Source: Nemertoderma westbladi (lineage: Eukaryota; Animalia; Xenacoelomorpha). From it: 33,890 bases of DNA. Position 1 is the stretch's first letter; each line of letters starts with the position of its first letter. The position numbers were made by a program, and so were the translations under genes. This document shows positions 1 through 9,710 of the stretch, one piece after another. The notes beneath the pieces were generated by a model. It did no database searches. It saw only the letters and a program-made list of their open reading frames with translations, and was not told the DNA's origin. The stretch spans positions 1 through 33,890 of the forward strand of contig JAUCBJ010000930.1 in the NCBI GenBank assembly GCA_032718475.1, given 5' to 3'.

Positions 1-29
1 CCCACCCCCTAACAGTGTCAATTCGCTAA

Positions 30-80
30 GGCTCCGCCAACTTCGTGGCTCGCCCCACAATGTGGGTAATGTACTACTAG
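30..80 (+). mobile_element. Possible 3' terminus of a non-autonomous Helitron/Helentron-type element
   Basis: Two small hairpins (GCCA-acttcg-TGGC 36-49; CCCAC-aat-GTGGG 54-66) followed 10 nt later by CTAG (77-80). The next base is G, not the canonical T. Confidence 0.35.
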
Positions 81-224
81 GTAATGTTCTTATGGAGATG
101 TACAATCAGCTTTTTTGAGATACTGGACTTTAATTCTGAACAGCAACATGGACAAACTATCTTCCCTTCAACTACATTAGTAGTAGAGTCTTGGCCGGCT
201 CGGTGACAGTTAGACCCCACTGCC

Positions 225-490
225 TGGCGCCAGACTGTCTGGGTGACACCCAATGTCTCCTTATGGGTGTCATTGGTGCCAGACTGTCTGGGTGACACCT
301 AATTAGGCTAATTAGACCCTAATTGACAGGTGTCATCAATTAATTAGTACAATTAAACCCTAATAGGTGTCTTATGACTCCTAATTAGGGTTTAATTGAT
401 TATCCTAATTAATCAATCCGATACGCAATGGTGTCAGTGTTGTCTAACTGTCGCCTAGAGGGCCAAGAGGGTGTCATAAGTGACACCGCA
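225..490. repeat. Motif-dense direct/inverted repeat patch (TGACACC/GGTGTCA and TAATTAG), MITE-subterminal-like
   Basis: 26-bp direct repeat tgg(c/t)gccagactgtctgggtgacacc at 225-250 and 274-299. About seven TGACACC/GGTGTCA motifs in both orientations, plus many CTAATTAG-type palindromes. Confidence 0.5.
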
Positions 491-1638
491 GCTCTTTTAT
501 TTATTATTGCTTATTTATTTGTACTTAATTTTAATTAATTATTTGTATTTAATTTTACTTTATTAATTTGTATTTAATTTTAAATTAATTAATTTCAAGA
601 TTCCTATAATCAATAAATATACATTATATAGGTAGTGTGAACGCGGCCTAAGGAACGCGGCGTAACGCCATGAAAAAACATTAAACTTCCAAACGATGGG
701 ACTGGTGCTGCAATATCGCCGGCGGTGACACTTTATTGAAACGCTTGTAGCTAAAGAATAAAATATAAAAATACAAATTCTGGCTCAGTCACTAAGGATG
801 AGGGAGGTGAAACTACTGTAACTCTGTTTCATTCATGCTATTCATTCAAATTTGTATTAAAGTTAGGGGGGGGGGGGGGGGGGGGGGCGTGTCATGTATT
901 GAAATTACAAAACTAAATTACAACATTAAATTTAAAAGCATTCAATAATTATTCAATTCATTTTCTTAATCAAAGAGACCTTGGTGTACTGGTTGCATTG
1001 AATTCGCATCTCTTGGAGGTCGTGGGTTCAGTGTTAAGTCTGAGATTTGACAGTGCTGCAGTATGTATTCCAACGAAAAAATACGGCACGGGTCAGCATG
1101 TACGGAACTGCAAACTACGCTGCGATATGTTGTACCGGTAGGTACATGTGCTGATGTGCGACATGCCGATTGTACAGGCTGACCGGGGTGCATGATAGCA
1201 AGAAAATATCTGAAAATCAAAATGTTAAAATTAAAATTTGAATATTAAATAAAAGAATTTAAAAATAATTATTAAAGAATATATTTTATACAGTATAGAG
1301 CAGTAGAGTAAATAGTTTCTATATCGTTATAGTAGAAAAGGATATATTTTTAAATAAATAAATTGGAGATGAGCTGTTGCAACTGTAATTAAAGGTGTAA
1401 TATTATGGTTTTGTTCAGAAGTGGAAAAAAATTAATTTACAAATTTATTTAATTAATATCACCTGGAAGCAATACTCGAGCTGAATATCTACTTATTTGT
1501 ACTCCCCTTCTGTTTCACTCTACAGTAGCATACTTGAGGCCGTTAGGTCCGCTGTTAGAGATGGAATATAAGCAACTTAAGACTGCCCGTTCAATAGGAG
1601 TGGATTAGGTGGGAGTGTGAGTGTCAGGGGCTAGTGGC

Positions 1639-1700
1639 TGAGCTGGTTAGTGCTACTGATGAGGCCTGTTAGGCCGAAACGTACGTATAGCGCTGGTTCA
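1639..1700 (+). ncRNA. Type I hammerhead ribozyme (Penelope/retrozyme-type, minimal stem III)
   Basis: Stem I TAGTGCTA (1648-1655)/TAGCGCTG (1688-1695), extended by TGAGC/GTTCA. CTGATGA 1656-1662; stem II GGCC-tgtta-GGCC; GAAA 1676-1679; stem III C-gtac-G with palindromic loop; GUA triplet, predicted cut after 1687. Confidence 0.9.
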
Positions 1701-2269
1701 ACCCCCGGTGACGCGCTTTCTCATTTTTTCCACTTCTGGACAAAACCATAATATTACACCTATATTTTTAAAAACTTTCAGTTTCGGATATAGTACACGT
1801 ATTAATACTGATAAAATGTTTTTCCCCTCTTGTATGTCTTTGTTTGTCCCCATTATTTCCCTGAAAGGCGTAGTCAGATAGCCTTCCCTTATACATGGGT
1901 CTGACATTCTGACAGTGGCACACAGCTTCACCGGGCATGGGACCGCCCCTACAGCACGGTTATGGGATGGGTGTGGAGGCGGATTTCCTTTGCCATCATC
2001 CGTGGCTCCTCCCACTGCCTGCGTGGCTCTAGGGTAAGGTGGCGCAGTGGGCTGGGGCTCGAGGATGCGGCGGGTCTCCCGCTCACTACTTGAGATGCGG
2101 CCGAACAGTAGTACAGTACTGCCAGACTGTTTCATTTTTAATTATTTACATTATTTTATATTTACATATCTGTATAGGTGGTGGGCGTTTATTTACATTT
2201 TGTTTCGGAAAGTTGTAAAAAAGGTGGTTAGATTTGATGAATTGTTATTGTATTATAAAAAAAAAATTA

Positions 2270-2395
2270 TATTTGACAACTTTATGAAATGAGTAAAAAA
2301 GTAACTTGAATTACTGCAATTATACTTAATACCTTTATGAAATGAGTAAAAGTAACTGGAAGTAAAGCAATTATACTTGACACCTATATGAACTG
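2270..2395. repeat. Short tandem repeat, ~50-52 bp unit, ~2.4 copies
   Basis: ctttatgaaatgagtaaaa..gtaact.gaa.ta..gcaattatactt occurs twice, plus a partial third copy. Confidence 0.7.
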
Positions 2396-2774
2396 AATTC
2401 GTATAATTGCATTGTATTTATTATATGTATATATGTGAAAATGACAGCACAATTATTTTAAGGTATGAATACGATTTTAATTTAATTATAATTGAAAATT
2501 TGCACAGTAAATTTAAGTATTTAAGTGAATGAAGGCCTACCTGTAAGAATGCTACTAAAACAGTGGCACAGTGGAATAAGAGTAACATCAGTACAGTATG
2601 TGAGGTGTGAAAGTACTATGAGCGCTATTAAAATTAAAATTGAACTACAAGAAATCATACCAGTAACTACCGGGTAGAACTGAGTTATGAGTTCACAACC
2701 CAAAGAGACTTAAATGAATGTGTGAAGTACAGGTACATGGTTTAGTACATGGCTTATGGTTAGGTACATGGCTT

Positions 2775-2925
2775 TGTGGCTGTCCTCATTGCGTAAACCA
2801 GTACAATTACAAATAGTAATGGTGCTAATGTGTCACCTTGCAGTACACCAGCCAGGATTGAGAAAAACTCAGTTACACTGTGCTTCTTCTGTGTCACAAT
2901 ATAACAATCCAATGCCAGCAACGAT
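2775..2925 (-). mobile_element. Non-LTR retrotransposon (LINE, RTE-like) reverse transcriptase fragment
   Basis: Minus strand reads IVAGIGLLYCDTEEAQ, then after a frameshift TEFFSILAGVLQGDTLAPLLFVIVLVYAMRTAT. GVLQGDTLAP (2820-2849) is the non-LTR RT GVxQGxxLxP motif. Not in the ORF track. Confidence 0.85.
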
Positions 2926-3040
2926 TCTAGATAGCAGATAGGTAGGTACTGGTAAATGGTACTACTGTCACTAAAAGTAGGTAGATTAAATTCATTAACA
3001 GCCTACTAATATCAATATTAAATCAATAACTTTATTAAAT

Positions 3041-3597
3041 ATGCTTCAAAAAGAAAATTGTCATGGATTCAGTCGACCGTGGGCTTATTATATTAGCCCA
3101 TGCTCGATAGTCATGGAAGATCGATGTGATTCTGCTGCTGCTCTAAATTCAGCAAAAAGGACTTTTTTTGCAAATTCTCCGAATCCAAAATGGCCACGAA
3201 AGTGTGCCATATTGGAATCGGACAGTGAGCCAGAAGAAGATGCAATAATTGTGGATAATATTGTAGAACCATCTTATTGCTATAAAGAAGGTACAACAAA
3301 GGGGAATCTACAGAGGGAGGGGTACTATCAAAAAGGTTCAGTGTAGATAGTTCCACTGAACTCTTACGATGGAAATCATCTTTAGAGCATCAGTTGAAGA
3401 CATCAAAAAAATGTATAGTAGATCAGTTGTATAAGGTCTCAAGAATGGCCTATCAAATACAAAAGGCCCAAAACAACCTTGAAATGGGTTTCAAGTGATT
3501 CCATTCAAATTCGACAAATCTCGATGGCATTCATTACATACTTCGAGTTTCGGCTTATGAAGACAGGATCCAATCGGACATGTTTACTGCAGTCTGA
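3041..3597 (+). pseudogene. Decayed ORF of unknown function (~185 codons)
   Basis: The 101-aa ORF continues after a frameshift near 3285 as RRYNKGESTEGGVLSKRFSVDSSTELLRWKSSLEHQLK...LEMGFK*FHSNSTNLDGIHYILRVSAYEDRIQSDMFTAV*. No recognised domain. Confidence 0.35.
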
Positions 3598-3618
3598 TAG
3601 TTTTAATCACACCCTGAA

Positions 3619-3835
3619 GTTAGAACAGCGTTTACACTAACTGAGGAAGAAACGTTAGAACAACGGTTACACTAACAGAGGAACAAACGTTAGAACAGCG
3701 GATAAACTAACTGAGGAACAAACGTTATAACAGTGGTTACACTAACTGAGGAACAAACGTTTGAACAGCAGTTAAACTAACTGAGGAACAAATATTAGAA
3801 CAGCGTTTAAACTAACTGATGAACAAAGCTTAGGA
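3619..3835. repeat. Small array (~6 monomers) of the 35-bp satellite
   Basis: Same monomer as 4648-8421, with the same order of variants as 5635-5851. Confidence 0.95.
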
Positions 3836-4074
3836 TTATGGATTATGTTAATATTTCTTCAATTTAACTTCAAATATAAAATATCCATTGAAAAATTTAA
3901 TAAAAATTTATATTAAATATTATATAGTTATAATTATAGTAATTATATATAGTATTAATTATAATTATAGTATAATTATATAGTAATTAGTATGGTTATT
4001 AAATAAATATAAAAATAATTTATATTTTAATAATGTAGTTAAAATTGAAATGTACAACAATTAACAGAACTTAC

Positions 4075-4351
4075 ACCTCGCAATACTAGATGTTCAACAT
4101 CGACACTAAAGGGTGTCATCTTTTCCACCAAAGCGGTTATAGGTACTTCAGGAAGAGGTTGCATGGTCATAATAATACGGACAGGCTTCATAACGACTAC
4201 TAATATCGGTAGTTCGTGGGAGGTATTGCCTCTAAATGCAGGCTCATACAATCGGAGCTTAGTTCCCACACCCACATTGGGTTGAAATAAATTGCGACTC
4301 TGCTCGTTGCCATGATTTATAACAATAAACATCATCGATGATGTCAAATCT
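4075..4351 (-). CDS. Internal exon (277 bp) of a divergent paralogue of the 23216-24141 gene
   Basis: Acceptor tttttttcag ends at 4352 and donor GTAAGT starts at 4074. The open frame DLTSSMMFIVINHGNEQSRNLFQPNVGVGTKLRLYEPAFRGNTSHELPILV...MTPFSVDVEHLVLRG is collinear with DMNSNMTCYILT...LYVGARVSISAPYF...NPIIH...THMFSYKGVKVSIFG. Confidence 0.6.
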
Positions 4352-4647
4352 CTGAAAAAAATTTATTTAAAATAAAATATATTTTTCAAAAGTACATGAC
4401 CATATAAGAAATTCCACAAATAATAGACATGATATAATAAATAAAAAAATAGAAACACACGTATGGAAATTTAAAAATTTTCAAATTAAGAGTCTTTCCA
4501 AAAAAAGTAACTTCTATTTATAAAAAATAAAAAACTATCAAGATATGATGCGTATTATTTAGGTATCTCATCAAAAATAAAACAAAATAATTTCAAATAA
4601 AATTAAGCCTCACAAAAGGAAAAACTGCTGTGTTAGAGCAAAACACA

Positions 4648-7600
4648 TACGTTAGAACAAACGTTACAATAGCGGTTACACTAACTGAGGAACAAACATT
4701 AGAACAGCAGTAACACTAACTGAGGAACAAACGTTAGAACAGCGGATAAACTAACTTAGGAACAAACGTTAGAACAGCGGTTAAACTAACTTAGGAACAA
4801 ACGTTACAACAGCAGTTACACTAACTGAGGAACAAACATTAGAACAGCGGTTACAGTAACTGAGAACAAACGTTAGAAAAGTGGGTAAACTAACTTAGAA
4901 ACAAACGTTACAACAGCGGTTACACTAACTGAGGAACAAACATTAGAACAGCGGTTACACTAACTGAAGAACAAACGTTAGAACAGCGGTTAAAATAACC
5001 GAGTAAAACGTTAGAACAGTGGTTACACTAACAGAGGAACAAACGTTAGAACAGCGGTTAAACAAACTTAGGAACAAACGTTACAACAGCGGTTAAGCTA
5101 ACTTGGGAACAAACGTTACAACAGCAGTTACACTAACTGAGGAACAAACGTTAGAACAGCTGTTACACTAACTGAGAAACAAAAGTTTGTACAGCGGTTA
5201 AACTAACTGTGGAACAAAGATTAGGACAGCTGTTAAACTAACTGAGGAACAAACGTTAGAACAACGGTTAGACTAACTGCAGAACAAACGTTAGAACAGC
5301 AGTTACACTAACTGAGGAACAAACATTAAAACAGCGGTTAAAATAACCGAGTAAAACGTTAGAACAACGGTTACACTAACTGAGGAACAAACGTTTGAAC
5401 AGCGGTTAAACTAACTGAGGAACAAACGTTAGAACAGCGTTCACACTAACTGAGGAAGAAACGTTAGAACAGCGGTTACACTAACTGAGGAACAATCGTT
5501 TCAACAGCACTTAAACTAACTGAGAAACAAACATTAAAACAGCGGTTAAAATAACCGAGTAAAACGTTAAACAACGGTTACATTAACTGAGGAACAAACG
5601 TTTGAACAGCGGTTAAACTAACTGAGGAACAAACGTTAGAACAGCGTTTACACTAACTGAGGAAGAAACATTAGAACAACGGTTACACTAACAGAGGAAC
5701 AAACGTTAGAACAGCGGATAAACTATCTGAGGAACAAACGTTATAACAGTGGTTACACTAACTGAGGAACAAACGTTTGAACAGTAGTTAAACTAACTGA
5801 GGAACAAATATTAGAACAGCGTTTAAACTAACTGATGAACAAAGATTAGGACAGCAGTTAAACTAACTAAGGAACAAAGGTTAGAACAGCGATAAAACTA
5901 ACTGAGGAACAAACGTTAGAACAGCGGTTACACTAACTGAGGAACAAACGTTAGAACAGCGGTTACACTAACTGAGGAACAAACGTTTGCACAGCGGTTA
6001 CACTAACTAAGGAACAAACGTTTGAACAGCAGTTACACTAACTGAGGAACAAACGTTAGAACAGCGGTCACACTAACTGAGGAACAAATGTTAGAACAGC
6101 TGTTACACTAACTGAGGAACAAACGTTAGAACAGCGCTTACACTAACTGAGGAACAAACGTTTGAACAGCGGTCACACTAACTGAGGAACAAACGTTAGA
6201 ACATCGGTTACACTAACTGAGGAACAAACGTTTAAACAGCGGTTACACTAACTGAGGAACAAACATTAAAACAGCGGTTACACTAACTGAGGAACAAACG
6301 TTTGAACAGCGGTTACACTAACTGAGGAACAAACGTTTGAACAGCGGTTACACTAACTGAGGAACAAAGATTAAAACAGCGGTTAAAATAACCGAGTAAA
6401 ACGTTAGAACAACGGTTACACTAACTGAGGAACAAACGTTTGAACAACGTTTAGACTAACTGCGGAACAAACGTTACAACAGCGGTTACACTAACTGAGG
6501 AACAAACATTAAAACAGCGGTTAAAATAACTGAGTAAAACGTTAGAACAACGGTTACACTAACTGAGGAACAAACGTTTGAACAGCGGTTAAACTAACTG
6601 AGGAACAAACGTTAGAACAGCGTTCACACTAACTGAGGAAGAAACGTTAGAACAGCGGTTACACTAACTGAGGAACAATCGTTTCAACAGCACTTAAACT
6701 AACTGAGAAACAAACATTAAAACAGCGGTTAAAATAACCGAGTAAAACGTTAAACAACGGTTACATTAACTGAGGAACAAACGTTTGAACAGCGGTTAAA
6801 CTAACTGAGGAACAAACGTTAGAACAGCGTTCACACTAACTGAGGAAGAAACGTTAGAACAGCGGTTACACTAACTGAGGAACAATCGTTTCAACAGCAC
6901 TTAAACTAACTGAGAAACAAACATTAAAACAGCGGTTAAAATAACCGAGTAAAACGTTAAACAACGGTTACATTAACTGAGGAACAAACGTTTGAACAGC
7001 GGTTAAACTAACTGAGGAACAAACGTTAGAACAGCGTTTACACTAACTGAGGAAGAAACATTAGAACAACGGTTACACTAACAGAGGAACAAACGTTAGA
7101 ACAGCGGATAAACTATCTGAGGAACAAACGTTATAACAGTGGTTACACTAACTGAGGAACAAACGTTTGAACAGTAGTTAAACTAACTGAGGAACAAATA
7201 TTAGAACAGCGTTTAAACTAACTGATGAACAAAGATTAGGACAGCAGTTAAACTAACTAAGGAACAAAGGTTAGAACAGCGATAAAACTAACTGAGGAAC
7301 AAACGTTAGAACAGCGGTTACACTAACTGAGGAACAAACGTTAGAACAGCGGTTACACTAACTGAGGAACAAACGTTTGCACAGCGGTTACACTAACTAA
7401 GGAACAAACGTTTGAACAGCAGTTACACTAACTGAGGAACAAACGTTAGAACAGCGGTCACACTAACTGAGGAACAAATGTTAGAACAGCTGTTACACTA
7501 ACTGAGGAACAAACGTTAGAACAGCGCTTACACTAACTGAGGAACAAACGTTTGAACAGCGGTCACACTAACTGAGGAACAAACGTTAGAACATCGGTTA

Positions 7601-8421
7601 CACTAACTGAGGAACAAACGTTTAAACAGCGGTTACACTAACTGAGGAACAAACATTAAAACAGCGGTTACACTAACTGAGGAACAAACGTTTGAACAGC
7701 GGTTACACTAACTGAGGAACAAACGTTTGAACAGCGGTTACACTAACTGAGGAACAAAGATTAAAACAGCGGTTAAAATAACCGAGTAAAACGTTAGAAC
7801 AACGGTTACACTAACTGAGGAACAAACGTTTGAACAACGTTTAGACTAACTGCGGAACAAACGTTACAACAGCGGTTACACTAACTGAGGAACAAACATT
7901 AAAACAGCGGTTAAAATAACTGAGTAAAACGTTAGAACAACGGTTACACTAACTGAGGAACAAACGTTAGAACAGCGGTTACACTAACTGAGGAACAAAC
8001 GTTTGAACAGTGGTTACACTAACTGAGGAACAGCGGTTACACTAACTAAGGAACAGACAATTGAACAGCAGTTACACTAACTGAGGAACAAACGTAAGAA
8101 CAGCGGTCACACTAACTGAGGAACAAATGTTAGAACAGCGGTTACACTAACTGAGGAACAAACGTTAGAACAGAGGTTACACTAACTGAGAACAAACGTT
8201 AGAACAACGGTTACACTAACTGAGAAATAAAAGTTTGAACAGCAGTTAAACTAACTGAGGAACAAAGATTAGGACAGCTGTTAAAGTAACTGAGGAACAA
8301 ACGTTAGAACAACAGTTAGACTAACTGCGGAACAAACGTTAGAACAGCGGTTACACTAACTGAGGAAAAAACATTAAAACAGCGGTTAAAATAACCGAGT
8401 AAAACGTTAGAACAACGGTTA
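4648..8421. repeat. 35-bp satellite/minisatellite, ~108 monomers, with higher-order duplications
   Basis: Consensus AACTGAGGAACAAACGTTAGAACAGCGGTTACACT; period 35 (ctaac at 4681 and 4716). Diagnostic variants recur at offsets 207, 1183 and 1390. Confidence 0.98.
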
Positions 8422-8702
8422 TGTTATAGGATATTTTAGAGTAGATTATTATAGGACCTAAGAGGCCAAGCATATATGCTAGTTAGTTCTGTAGTTGGTT
8501 GGACTGATTTTGGCTGTTGTGCATTGTACCGTGACATACCCTATTATACCAGTATACTGCCTGTCTGTGGTGATATCTTTGTTTTTGATTATATGCATGA
8601 CACTCTGCGGGCCTTTGGACCGTATGATATGGCGTCCCTGGTTATTGAATTGCAACACCTGAAACTGCAGAACTGTTGTCTTAATACCTGCTGTCAGGCT
8701 AA
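8422..8702. mobile_element. LTR-like fragment abutting the satellite
   Basis: The satellite stops abruptly at TGTTATAGG (TG terminus). I see no second copy in the window, and it does not continue the Pao reading frame. Confidence 0.4.
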
Positions 8703-9349
8703 TTATAAGCCATTATAAATAATCGGACTCCAACTCAATATTGGTGACGACTTGATTGGTTGACCTTGATTTATGGATGTGAATTCGCGCGCGAAATATC
8801 GCAGTTGGTAATGGCGAATTAATTTAATTTCACACCTGTCAATCTCAGCCAATGTAAGTCGACATGTAAAGTCACGTTTGCCTTTAACGTATTGTACAAA
8901 ACGTACAATCCACGCTAATTTTCGGCAAGCGTTTGTCCAAGAATCTGTTAGGTTTACAATACGGTCGACATGAGTATTTGTGACGTCATCAGGTAAGTCA
9001 ATTGAGATTTTGGAAGGTTTTGAATTACTAGAAGGGCCCACGGGTCCGCCGGTAAGTATTCCCTTGTTGACTGTTGATCCGTCCGGGTCTACAAGTAATT
9101 TGTCCTTCTTTGTCTTCTTACCTTGATTGTCGGTACTTTGTAAGTCGATCGTTAATGGTGGTTTGAACTCTATGGGGTCAGCAGGTTTCGGTAAACTTAT
9201 TTTTCTGCCGACATTAATCCCAGGTCTCACCATAGGTTGCAAGTTCGGTATGTCTCTTGAGCGCAAAGTAACACCTGTATTTACATTAGCGTAGGTACTA
9301 CCCACATCTGTAATACATGAGGTTTCACCTTGCTTATGGTTGCTCAAGT

Positions 9350-9710
9350 GTGTCAAAATTGGTAGTTTGTCAATACAAGGCCGCTCCAATAGGGAAACTG
9401 CGGCTTTATTGTTAGTCGATACATTACTAATGTCCGGTAGAACATTTTGTGATGTTTCTGACAAAATGTCTAGTCGACTGTCTAGTAATGTGTCTGGCGA
9501 TACGTCTGGTAACGTATCTGGTTGTTTGTCAATAGAAGGCCGCTCCAATAGGGAAACTGCGGCTTTACTGTTTGTCAGTGTGTTACTAGCGTCTGGTGGA
9601 ACATTTTGTGATATGTCTGGCAAAATGTCTGGTTGGCTGTCTAGTAACATGTCTGGTTGACCGTCTGGTAACGTGTCTGGTTGACCGTCTGGCGATATGT
9701 CTGGTGTAGA
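9350..9710 (-). repeat. In-frame 159-bp duplication and 24-bp (PDxQPDxL) repeats inside pol
   Basis: ggccgctccaatagggaaactgcggcttta at 9379 and 9538; repeated PDGQPDTL/PDGQPDML-type peptides. Confidence 0.9.

Noticed and set aside
866-887. G22 run as a functional G-quadruplex
   Set aside because: A simple homopolymer with no supporting context.
966-1209. Minus-strand exon as a continuation of the 4075-4351 gene (SCYHAPRSACTIGM vs ACYYKTRRSANWCAGM)
   Set aside because: The match is short, that frame stops after 38 codons, and the intervening CxGxxCD and downstream GW motifs were not found.
4648-8421. Satellite as a CRISPR array or as a hammerhead-bearing satellite (each monomer has CTGAGGA)
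   Set aside because: Monomers are contiguous, with no unique spacers and no cas genes. The required GAAA is absent (AGAAC/TGAAC) and stem II would be only 2 bp.
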